Below are positions 36,424-48,073 of a stretch of 64,000 bases of DNA, piece by piece. The position numbers and the translations under genes are program-made. The stretch is from positions 12,455,053-12,519,052 of the forward strand of contig JARDVH010000167.1 of the NCBI GenBank assembly GCA_030324005.1, given 5' to 3'. The notes under the pieces were generated by a model. It was not told the DNA's origin, did not search any database, and worked only from the letters and a program-made list of their open reading frames with translations. The DNA is from Negaprion brevirostris. Lineage: Eukaryota. Positions within the stretch are counted from its first letter, which is position 1; each line of letters starts with the position of its first letter.

Positions 36424-36995
36424 GGTATGAGATTCGTTTGATATTTTCATGGGCACGAGCTACTTGAGGTACAGTTCCATTAAAAAGAGATCAATGTCAA
36501 TCTATCACTCAACAATGCTCTTCCCCAACATCGCCATCATTCATTTCTAGGTTAACAGCTAGGCTCATGTGAAGAATGGCAAATATGTTGGGGACTTGGA
36601 GTTGTCAGGATTCTCTAAGAGTGTACCCCAAGCAACATCCAGGACACTAACGAGTAGAGCAAAAGTAAAGCACAAGTAAATAGCAAGGTACTCTAATGAG
36701 AGACATTAAAACAAAATTCTGTTTAGTTTCAGTGAATAAGTTCAGACTTGTCAATGGGTCTATTATTGGAAAATGTTGCAAATCATGAATGCTAAATGTT
36801 ATTTCATTTTCATTTGAAAAGCTGCAGCAGTGTGGCACAGACAGTTCGTGCTTCATCTGTATGTCTGAAAAAGGCTGTCCAGAGTTAAAAAATATTGTTA
36901 AAAGTTGACTTTAAAAACAATTTATTCAGAAACATCATTGAAACAATCTCAAGTGATGCTGGTTACTTTTATTTTTCATTATTGACAGGACTTAC

Positions 36996-37108
36996 TTTAA
37001 TGAATCTATACGCTGGCGGCTTTCTTTCATTGCGTTCATTTTCTAGTGCTTCCTTGCTCTCTTTCAATAACTTTAGCTCCTGAAATCGTTTAGCAGCTTC
37101 TTCCAGTG
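36996..37108 (-). CDS. NSD3: NSD3 exon (~18): ALEEAAKRFQELKLLKESKEALENERNERKPPAYRFIK
   Basis: AG/GT boundaries, 113 nt, phase 1/0. Confidence 0.96.
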
Positions 37109-37602
37109 CTAGGAGTGGCAGAAAGCAACATTTTTATTTGGGATAAGGTTCTCCTCCCCATGCTATATAATAAACTTCAGGCAATCAGTATGTTGTTGCA
37201 GGCACGTAGCGAGTTAGCTCCACTTTTCCCAGTAACTATACAACAACAGCTGCCAAATTCTAAGCAAGAAAATTCAAGCAAAATGCAAAGTGTTGAAAAA
37301 TCATGCACTTCAGCTCCTCCTCATCAATCCAAACAGATTTCAACAGCACTCTTTAGGCTCAGAGATGGAAAAGATGCTATGGAGGGATCTCTTTTCCACG
37401 CCAGATTGACTAGGGGTGGCTTTCAATGGCTGTGGAAACGTCTACAAGCTGGAATTATTTCATTCCCTTACAGCAAGGACTTAAGAGCAAGGAAGCAATA
37501 CAAAGCGACCAATACAACGAGTGACAAACGTGCAATAGTTGTTTATACGAGCGCAGGCTGCGTTCAGGAAAGATATCTCTGCTTGTATGCTGAAGATTTT
37601 AC

Positions 37603-37811
37603 CTTTCTTGAAAATCTCGTTAATACCACCAGCACGCCCATCGGACACGTTGCCCTTGTCTCCTTCTAAGTAAGGAAAGACTCTGCCCTGATGCACCCAA
37701 TAGTAATCATTCGATCCAAAGAAACGCACAGGGAATTCTCCTATATGATGCTTCATTGCTTGAATGTTAAGTGGCACACATTTGGGATTACAAACCTCTG
37801 CTGGCCACCAC
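37603..37811 (-). CDS. NSD3: NSD3 exon (~17): PWWP2, WWPAEVCNP...[23 protein letters not shown]...FKK
   Basis: AG/GT boundaries, 209 nt, phase 2/1. Confidence 0.98.
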
Positions 37812-40800
37812 CTGAAACAAACATCAGGGTAAGGACAACTGCAAAAAAGCACGGGTCATCACCATGTCACACACGGCCAACAGGACAACACAAGGACTTA
37901 TTAACAATCTCATGCATAAATGCATTTACAAACAGGAGTGATTTCAGAAATATGCAGTCTATAACTACGAAAGGTCGTCACCGACCCAAAACAGCAGAAA
38001 GGAAACATGTCATGTATAAAAATCTTGGAAAAACTGGGCAGCATGCTTTGAATCTGAATCTTCACAGGAACCAAGCTGAAGTTCTTTACCATGATCCACC
38101 TATTTGACATTGTCATCTCTTGCGCCCTCTCTATTTCCATCATATCCATCATTGCCATATTGTATCTGATCAATTCTATCTACCCATCCCTCACCACTTA
38201 GATATATATCCAATCCAATTTTCCTTCTGCTCTGTTCCTCAGTTCAACTCTCATCCAAATCACTTGCATCTGAACATCAAACTCTCAACTTCTGAGCCTT
38301 AAGCCTTTGATTTGCCTGCTGTTTCTTTGCTCAGCCACAACATCACCAACTCTGATAACACTCCCCTTAGCAAATCTGTATGTGTCTCACACTGGCTCTG
38401 GCCCCCATTCACTTTAACAAATCTAAGTAATTGACATGACAGATTTACTAACAACGAGATGAAGCATCCATCACCACGTCTTGTTCAACTACATCAAGTC
38501 TCAGCCCTAACTGTGCTCTGCCAAGCAATGCAGTACTCCATGCCAGTGAGCATTGGTTTAAGAGGTAATCACAAGCTATGGAAAGGTGATGGAGATTCGT
38601 TCAGGACAAGCTCAGAAAGTTTGAAGGTGGAATTAAAGTAGAAAATGCTGCAAATAGCCAACCTTTGGGGTGGATACTTCCAGAGAGACAGGCACAGATA
38701 ATGCTTCAGGTTCATGATCTTTAGTCAGGAATCTTATTCTGATGTTTGACCGTTGGTTTTCAGGAGCAAAGGTGATATTGGAAGCTTGGAAAAAGAGAAC
38801 TACCTCAGGAGAGATAACTATTTACATAAGTCAGCAGGGGAGGCGAGGGATGAAAGTTGGGAGGTCAACAGCCAAGGGAGCTTGAGATAAACTTTCCCTC
38901 CTCCTCCATATTTTGATCTTCACGTCAACATTGGTCAGGATGCTTTCTTGCGCCAAAGCAAAATTGCAGATCAGAACTTTGGTCAGCGATCCAATATCGT
39001 CTTTGACTCAGTGTGTCTTTTGACATCCATGACACACTTTTGAGATGTGTTGCTGTGTTCAAGGCAATATAAAGGCAGGAATGTTGATGACTAAAACATG
39101 AACCACAAACAAAAACTTGAAGTTCATCACAGAACATACCAGGTTGCAGCACAGAACGTGGCCATTTGGGCCATGATATCTATGATTGCTCTTTGTAGTG
39201 ACAATCTGAAACTTAAACCACTGCCTCTTTCATTCTCCAAACAAATGCATCTTCCCTCTGCTCAACATAACTGTCCAATTCTCCCCTAAAATGGGATTAT
39301 GGTTTTGTTTTAAATCACTCCCACTGTCAACAGAAATGTTGCCCATCACACTCTGTTTACTTCATTCCCAGACAAACATGGTGATAAACAAGTGATCCCC
39401 AAGACTTTGCTACAGTAACTCTTCCCCTCATGTTCATCAACTTTCAAGCATTAGAGAAATAAATATCACTGCTAAATCTTATGTGCAAAGACAGTTTAGT
39501 GCAAGAAAACGCATCAATATTGTTGCCACCTGAACTGAACATTAAAAGGATTTGTTTGAAAAACGTATTCACATTATGATTTCTGTCAAGCAAGTCTAAC
39601 AGGCGCTGTATCCATGAAAAGTTGTTGACCTGAAGCATTAACTCTGTCTCCCTCCACAGATACTCCCTGACCTGCAGACTATTTTCAGCATTTTCTGTTT
39701 GTATTTCACCTATACTGGAGATAGAAATTTAATCTGTATAGCTGTTCTGAAATGGTGAGCAACAGCAGCACGGAGCTTGATTACCAATACTACTGTTCTG
39801 CAGCATTCTCTGGTAGGACAGAGACCCATGCAGTGTTTGACCTTGCAATGTCCACACCCCAGTCTTCAAGTTAGCAAACAGTCAACCACACACTTGGCCA
39901 AGAAAACTTTTTAAACTGTTTGAGTTTCACCAACTGCTGCGAAGTGTGAGGCTCTCCCTTTAAAGTAGTCTCTTGATACTTGTTCACATTCAGTGTACTG
40001 TCAGATTATCTCCAGCACTCAGGAACCGCACTGCAGTTGAAGGCAATGTAACGGGGCAATAACTTATTCAATATTTGTCATGCAGAAGAGATGTGTCATT
40101 AAATTGCTTGGTTCAAATCTGGAAGCGAGATCTGGTTTTGCTTTATGATGTGCAGGTCAACCATATCTGATTGGCTCTGACCTGCAGCGAAACCACATTC
40201 TGAACACATCACAACATGTTGTCAGCGGACAGAGAATCCACTGGCACAGACAAGGAGACATTCCCCATTCAGTGCCATCCAAACAACAGCAAGGTCTCGA
40301 AGCTGAATGCACATTCAGCACCAGAAGATACAACCCATGTTACCTTGGCTTGCTGATCAGTTGGCCAGGAAATGTTAATGATTGCTGTCTTCATTTTAAA
40401 ATGTATTCAGTCACCTGAGTCAAGATTTTTTTAGTCTAGAGGAGTTCACAAAACATTCTGGACACAAGGTGTTTTGAGTGAAAGTGTATCCAAATTCTTC
40501 ACTGTTGCAATCATTGTTTAATGATGACATTTAAGACTACATTCTTTCAAGGGATATCAGAGTAATGCATTTATAAACTTTTAACATTTCAAATTTGTGG
40601 TACACTCGGTGTGAGAGTTATCCATCTGGTTCAGTCCCTTGTATCTATAATTTAAACACACTACCTTAATGCACACATCAAAACAAAACAGACAAACTCA
40701 AGTCAAATGGCATTCCTTTTCTATTCAATTCACTGAGCTGCTTACACTATTCTCTTTTGATTCTTCAATCGCCGTGAGTTCTCAAAAAATTTGGAACTGA

Positions 40801-40991
40801 CAATGGGCAGCAAACACAGGCAAAATTCCCTTCACCTCTTGGTATTCCACTCCATTATCTCTGGTGGTGCATTATAATTACATTTCAGCTCAACAGTGCC
40901 AAAAACTATTTCTGATCCCAAGCTTCCTTTCAGTAACTTCTTTAGAGTTAGTAAGGCTCTTCGCTAAATTAAAAAGAGACAAATGAGTTAC

Positions 40992-41148
40992 CTGTAAATG
41001 CCCAGTTTGACCCAGACTATTTCCTTGTAGCGTGATTTCTTGCCAGCTTTACAATCATTGCAATACCAGTTCCCTTCTGGCATATCAATCGTCAGGCATT
41101 CAGGATGGAAGGATGCTGGACAGGATTCACAGCATAATAGGCGGCCAC
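40992..41148 (-). CDS. NSD3: NSD3 exon (~16): second part of PHD4 and PWWP2 start, [18 protein letters not shown]...[10 protein letters not shown]
   Basis: aag acceptor, gtaac donor, 157 nt, phase 1/2. Confidence 0.97.
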
Positions 41149-44100
41149 CTTGACAGAAGGAAATTTTCTTTTACTGACTTCTTGTAGATACACACCTCTG
41201 CCACTACCATTAGTGTTTATCATTTTCCCAGTTACACTGACTGGGATTTCCACAGTCATCTGAAGCAATGCTCACCAAGAGTCATTTATCACCCACAGCT
41301 GAGCATCATGCAGAGAGACTTCAGACAGGCATTTTCAACATACCCAGAACAAATGAGCAAATTCCCATTTCAAACCCAAAAGTCAAATTTTTCTTTGAAT
41401 ATTCCAAATTCAAACTGAACTGATTTGAGTCACTTCTGTTTTAATAATTTAATTGCAAATTTTAAAACCCAAATGTGAAGTAGCTGAATGTTTACCAAAC
41501 GAAAACCTTTTTGTTAACCAACACAAAAACCGTGCTGCTTGATGAACCAAGAGTTACAGTGACAGCCACCAGGGCCGATGGGCATTCCCAGTCTTTGCAA
41601 ACTCATTGCTTCTCCAGCCCTCAAATCAAGCCGTACAGCTGAGCATCCTGCTGCAGTGAAGTTTGCACTGCCTTACTCAGCTGCATGAAACCTGTCCCAG
41701 ACATGTGGCCCATCACAGCGGGAACGCAGGAGAAAATTCTGGAGGCAAGCAAAAACAGAATTTTGCTCAAGTTCAAAAGGGAAGTTGCTCATTTCGCAGT
41801 TGTTAATGTGAATCTCAGTGCAAATGGATATTCAAATCTGCCCAGCAGAAATGACATGAGCAATCATCAGTGTTGACCAGACAATAACAGTGGATGGGCT
41901 CTCAGAAGAATAATCAAGTAGATAACACGGCGATCAGGACAAGGCTGCCCTGCAGTATGTGCAGTCTTTCAGTGGAGGCATGGGGAAGCTTTATCACTGG
42001 AGAAGTTGGTTCCAGGCATGCAATTTCCCCGCTCCCCCGACTCAAGAACAGTGTTTTGAGATGAAAGCGGGGGGTGAAGATGAACAAAAGCATACAACAG
42101 AAAAACAGACACAGCAGCTGTTACGTGAAACATGCTCAAGAATTGCTTAATTGCTGGCAACTCCCTCACTTTTGGTGTAAAAAAAAGTATCATCTTGGCT
42201 TTTGTCTTTTCTTACGAATTGAGTGCATTTTACATTAGACAGATTCTTGTCAGCTGTTAAGAAAAGGAAAAGACAAGGGGCAGAGAGGTGGAAATTCATT
42301 TTAGGTGACAGATTGAAACTTGTGGCATTGCTTTGGCCGCCGACTACAATTTGGACCCAATATTCAATTCCATTGCAGCCACTTCAGCTGAGTAAGAGGC
42401 AGGATGTTTAACAGGCTGCTGATGCAAAACTGCCCGTTTCTCACTCGTGCCTAATAGAAATTTTCACCTCCAGTTCTTTCCTCAAAAAATGCCTTGTTTT
42501 GTTTGAAAGATGGCTTCAACAAATAACAAGGAATGATTCTCCTTTCTCAACCCCCAATATCTAAGCATGCCAGCAAACCAGTTTGTCTCTTTAACACACA
42601 AAAGCATGGATGCAGCATGCTCCAGTTAGCTGGGCGGACAGAAGTGAAGCAGAAACTTCGATTGAAAACATTAAGCAGATAACACCGCTGACCTTGGGTG
42701 GCATGTTAAGCAGCATCTGAACCATGCTGAACAACATTGGGGCTCAAAATAACTGCAAGGCTCCTTCCATGGAACATATACTTACGTCCACAAATTACCA
42801 GTCACCAAAGCAAAGCAAAAATTATCTTTTTTTGGTTGCCATGTGATTAAAACTAGTCTGCACTCCTACTGAAAAGGTGGGAGGGCCTGGTGATGTCGGA
42901 TACTTGAATCATACAATCATAGAATGCAGAAGAGGCCATTTGGCCCATCCAATCTGCACCCACTCCCTGACAGCCAGGACCTATCCTCCTTCTGTATCCC
43001 TGTAATCTATACATTTGCCATGCGTAATCCATCTAACATACACATTTATGTTCCAGCTATGCACTAACTCCAGGCAGTTTACACCCAAAGGGGAAAAAGG
43101 AGAAATTCGCTTTTGACATGGAAAATTCTCCAAGCATTAATTTTTTTTTATTATTGCAACAGTCTGGCAACAGGTATATGATTACATCACTAATCATTTC
43201 TCAAGTGGGAGACAATTCTGGAGGTGAACATTGAAGAAACGGGAACTCAAAAAGCAGGACAGTATGAGAAGTGACCAAGATTAGCAGCCAAAGTCCACGA
43301 TACAAAGTTGGAGTGAGTGAGTGAGGCATGCAGACCAGGAGTGTCAGAGACCACAGTCTACGAGTCCAAGAAAATGAAACACAGAGCCCAAAAGCCAGAA
43401 AGCAGAAGGACCAATGCAGAGGGTTAAATCAAGAAGGTTACAAAGCTATGGAGGAAATAGGACTTGTAAATGGTTCGTCCAGAAAAGACATAGAAAAATA
43501 CAAATATCTGCATTTCGCTCAGGCAAGGTGCATCCTGCCTGATATTTATTTCAATGTCGAGACAATTCATGTCCATAGTATCTGGAGCAAACTACATGAG
43601 AAGAATCGTATCCAAATCGTAAAACCTCGAACATGCAGTGCTTTTTTTTTTCCCTTTCACCTTGAAAAAACCTTGTGTTAAAAAGCAACAGGAATTCAAT
43701 TTTATGCCTGGAATATGGAAGACTTGTGACAGTAACTTTTCCCCCAATTATTACAGTTTTATTATGCCATGAAAGCAACTACAATTGTCAAATCATCTCA
43801 GATGTAACGGCAGCAAAGTATGAAATGACCAAAGCCAAATCATAACCCAGCAGGAAAAAAAGGATTCTGCAATATCACAGAACGATGCTGTCATGTGGAC
43901 ATTTTTCTCCAAAAAGCCTGATTAAGGATCAAATGTTGACCTTGTAATTATTTCAAGCCCAGGTTAACTTCATTTTCCTTCAGTTCTGATCATTAAGCTC
44001 AGCCAGTCCAAAAAAATGGAAAATAATTCAATTTACACATTTTCATAAGCAAGATCAGACAGGATTTGATAAAGCCACAGATTTAGCAGATGCAGGGTGG

Positions 44101-44185
44101 GGATAACAGCATGGTAGGTGGGGTGGGTTGGGGGGTAAGAAAATTCAAGCACACATGGTTCCGGAGATAAACTGTGTTTTATTAC

Positions 44186-44338
44186 CTTTCCCACATTTCT
44201 TTACTGTAGTTGACGGTGAGGGAGGAATCATAGGTTTTTTCAACAACTCAGCCGAACGATTTGACTCGCTCAGGAGGTAGTGCGACTTATATGTATAAGA
44301 ACTGATAAGGGTTTCGGATTGGTCTTGTTCAATCACCC
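44186..44338 (-). CDS. NSD3: NSD3 exon (~15): NSD3-specific insert VIEQDQSETLISSYTYKSHYLLSESNRSAELLKKPMIP...KKCGK
   Basis: AG/GT boundaries, 153 nt, phase 1/1. Matches human NSD3 SSYAYKSHYLLNESNRAEL. Confidence 0.95.
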
Positions 44339-44554
44339 CTACATGAAACAAATAAAAAACATGAGGTGCAATGAAAAGACCCATGATTCCCCCCGAAAAA
44401 AATCTGAAAAACATTAATTTAGTCTCAAAGTTTTATTTTGGCTTCAAAAAACAAATGGGAGTGAAAAAAAAGCTTCAAAAAATTTCAAGTTATACATGCT
44501 ACATTTTAAGCTGATGCGTCATTTAAACTCAAGACAGTTGGAAAATGGTCTTAC

Positions 44555-44734
44555 CTCTGGCACAGATAAAGCACCAGCTTACATTTACTTGGAGAGACGC
44601 ACGACTGCCCTTCTTCAAGCTGGAGTGGTTGTTGCAGATGATGCTGTGAGTTGACAGGACAAGGCTGCCAGCTGCAATACAGCTCTCTCCCGTGTGATAA
44701 GCCACAGGACACCGCAAACAGCGCAGCATGCGAC
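44555..44734 (-). CDS. NSD3: NSD3 exon (~14): RMLRCLRCPVAYH...NVSWCFICAR
   Basis: AG/GT boundaries, 180 nt, phase 1/1. Confidence 0.97.
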
Positions 44735-45955
44735 CTGGTTTCATACATGTGCATAAAACACAACTGGTTTTACAAAGGACTTTCCAGTTGCTTGATTAAC
44801 TAAATAAAAGCTTGAAACAAGCCAAATTAATTCCCAATCGACAAAGTGAAATAATAACTTGCAATAGCTTTTTATCAACTACCCAATGCGGTATTTCATC
44901 CATTTTCCAGTCTTAAGTGCATTGAATGGAACAGTGATCAGGATTTCATTCATGGGGCTTTTTATGGTTTCTGAACTCAATGTCATTTCTTTCACTTGGT
45001 AATATTGTTGAAATAAACCTTATATATGTGGCTGAAGCAGAGGCGGATGAAGGGGTAAGGGATCAGGGTACACAGATGTGTTTGCGGCTAGGGCTTACAT
45101 GGGAGATGTACTCTAAACTGGATTGTCATGAAATAACGATCTCATCTAATCAAAGTTTACGACCAAAGGCACTCGTGCTATGTTCTGGGACATTTCACCT
45201 TCACTTCCAAGGAGGAAGCACCCCAAAGATCTTTTGCATGTCTTCCTCACATACCAAGCTGAGATCATTGAGGTGAAATGTGTTCTCATCCACAAAGTGG
45301 TGTAACAAACTGAACAAGCACAATGCAATATCTAATGATACTACACATGCACCAAGTGCATAACATTAAGAATATGAAACGTGAACATAAATCCTAATTA
45401 CACCTACGTAACAAGATGGGGAGCCCCAAAATGCACCCTGATACTCTGTCTCAATTTAAAAGCTTAATGACCAACATCCTATGCTAGGCAAAATCCACAG
45501 GCTCCATCAATAACTAACATTTAGAGCCAGCTGTTTGATGATTTAACCTAAGCTGCTTTGTTTCACCCCACCGCTTTTACCCTTTACAGGACTACCACAC
45601 TAAAACTCTGCAGCCGTTTGCCAAGGGCAATATTTCTAAAACCAGTAAGAACAGGGATAACTTTGCAGTGGTCACAACTACATAGTCACTTGACAGCTGG
45701 ACCAATCTTAACAAAGAAACAAGGAGCCAGCGAGGAAAGAACACAAGCAATCTCTGTAATAGCTTCCGCAATCTCTGCTTAGCCAGAGGGTAGATCTCTA
45801 TCGATTTGGATCCAGACCCCACCCAAGACACTTGCTTTTAAATTGAGCTTTTAAATTCTTACTTTTGCATTTGATCCTCAAATTACTCAAGTGTTAGTAT
45901 AAAGACTTTTCTTTCAGTCTGCTGCAAGAAACAATCAACTTGATTTCCTTCTCAC

Positions 45956-46156
45956 CTTTTGTTGCCTTAGCCATTTCACAGTTGTCTGCTAAGCATGCCA
46001 AACAGCAGTGCAGAGGACAACGGAAACCCTTCCCTTCAAACATGGCTGAAGAATAACTCCTCAAACAGGATTCATGGTAAAACCTTCCACACGAATTCAC
46101 TGAACACCTCTTCACAAGCTTCCCAGACAACTTGCAAGAAAAACAAGTGTGGTTTC
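45956..46156 (-). CDS. NSD3: NSD3 exon (~13): PHD2/3, NHTCFSCK...FRCPLHCCLAC...KATK
   Basis: AG/GT boundaries, 201 nt, phase 1/1. Confidence 0.97.
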
Positions 46157-46679
46157 CTGTCAGAGAACAGATGTACCAGAACAGAGAAATATTAAAAATA
46201 AAAACAGCCAATAATGGACATACTCAGCAGGTCAGGCAGCATCTGTGGAGAGAAACAGTTCAAGTTTTGGGAAGACGATGACCTGTCACCTGACCTGAAC
46301 TTTGCTTTTGTATTCGAGAAACATCAGAATTCCAACATCCAAGTGTTTTGGCGCAAAGTGCAACTACAATTCAACTTTTGCTACAGCCATGTCACAAAAA
46401 ACTATTGCAATGAGATGAACCACATGCTGAGTTCTGAACCTCAACTGGAGCCAACAGCTGTGGTGTGGCCACTTGCACATGGAGCAATGGGAGCTAAGGT
46501 TCTATCCCAAATTCTCAAGTTCCTATGAACTGCCAAGCCATTATCTAATCATCTGCCACCAGCAGAACACTGACCAAGGTGACACACCTCAAGCCAACCG
46601 GGTTATGAACTGAAATGGACATGACCCAATCCTCAAACCAATTGGATGACTGACGTTGCCCAATCCTCAAACCAATTAA

Positions 46680-46850
46680 AAAGAGAAAACACTGGAAAAT
46701 CTCAGCAGGTCTAACCCTTTGTCGGGTCATCTGGAATTGAAACGTCAACTCTTTTCTCTCCTTACAGATGCTGCCAAACCTGCTGCGATTTTCCAGCATT
46801 TTCTCTTTTGGTTTCAGATTCCAGCATCTGTAGAGTGTGCTTTTACCTTG
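46680..46850. repeat. Collapsed head-to-head Penelope-derived repeat (family A)
   Basis: AAAACACTGGAAAATCTCAGCAGGTCT...GAAACGTCAACTC...CCTGCTGCGATTTTCCAGCATTTT inverted arms. Confidence 0.65.
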
Positions 46851-46977
46851 AACCAACTAGATTACTNNNNNNNNTACCCAATGGATAACTTAGTCAAATG
46901 GACATTACCAAATGTTTACAATGACTTGCTTTTGGAAGGATAGAGGCTCAAGAATGGATAAAACCATCCCTTATTAC

Positions 46978-47104
46978 CTGTTGCGCATTCCATGCATGTG
47001 AACTTCCTGTTGGGTAACTCTGCCAATCCAAGACACTCTATATGAAAGACTCTGCAACACTCTCCTTCACAGGGGACCAGCGAATCTCCAGGCTTCTCAC
47101 AAAT
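46978..47104 (-). CDS. NSD3: NSD3 exon (~12): PHD1, [42 protein letters not shown]
   Basis: AG/GT boundaries, 127 nt, phase 0/1. Confidence 0.97.
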
Positions 47105-47404
47105 CTAAGGCAGCAGATGGTCAAAATAAAAACCCTGATGGGAGTAATCTGAAGCAACAGCTTTTAAATCCAAATAACATTTAGCCCATTTATATTTTGT
47201 AGTTCCCTATTTCCCATCAAATAAAGCACGAGCCCTAATTTTATTCAACTTAAAGAGAACAGCTTGCTTCCCTGACCATTTTAATATGCATGACAATACA
47301 AAGTGGTAAAATTATTTTATGATTGTTGTGATAAGTAATTTGGGTAAGAGTACACGGGCATTAGTGCCCATGAACGTAACTAACTGATTGCACGCAAATC
47401 ACAA

Positions 47405-47690
47405 TAAAAACAGAAAATGCTGGAAAATCTCACCAGGTCTGTGCAGAGAGAACAGAGCCAACATTTCAAGTCTGGATGACTTTCATCAGAGCTGCACTCT
47501 TCAGTGTCTGAGTGCCTCTGATTAACCATCCAGAGAATCCCAGATGTTAACCCAGAGCTCTGGCAAAGGGCCATCCAGACTCGAAACATTGGCTCTATTC
47601 TCTCTCCAAACATACTGTCAGACCTGCTGATATTTTCCAGAATTTTCTATTTTCGTTTCAGATTCCAGCATCCGCAGTATTTTGCTTTGA
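47405..47690. repeat. Palindromic Penelope-derived element (family A) with a hammerhead core in each arm
   Basis: Arms at about 47409-47493 and 47555-47651 are inverted copies. Minus-strand core AGCT CTGATGA AAGTC ATCCA GACTT GAAA TG TT GGCT. Confidence 0.8.
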
Positions 47691-47944
47691 TCTAAATGTA
47701 CACAAGTAGCTTGTAACAGATCATTCAAGCTGATTCCCCAAGGCATGGGAATGTGAGCCAGCAAACAACTTTGATTCTGAAGGTCTGGAACAGTCATTCT
47801 GAGATTGGACTGCAGATCTAATTGTCCCCATCTGCCACTAATCTTTGACATTATTTTAATGAACCAATTCACAATCATGGACCAATGAATTTTAATCAGC
47901 CAATCACAGGCCAATGGTTAAAACCACCTTCATTCAGTTCTCAC

Positions 47945-48073
47945 CTGGCAGATGTTATCTCTCCTGGATGTTCCACTGCCACGTCTGGACAAACACGAAT
48001 CCATTGATGTTTCGTCAGAGACCTCTGCACCTGGAGGAACTATTGGGCTGTCAGCTCGCTTCTCTAAGCCAAC
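47945..48073 (-). CDS. NSD3: NSD3 exon (~11): VGLEKRADSP...SMDSCLSRRGSGTSRRDNICQ
   Basis: AG/GT boundaries, 129 nt, phase 0/0. Confidence 0.95.
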
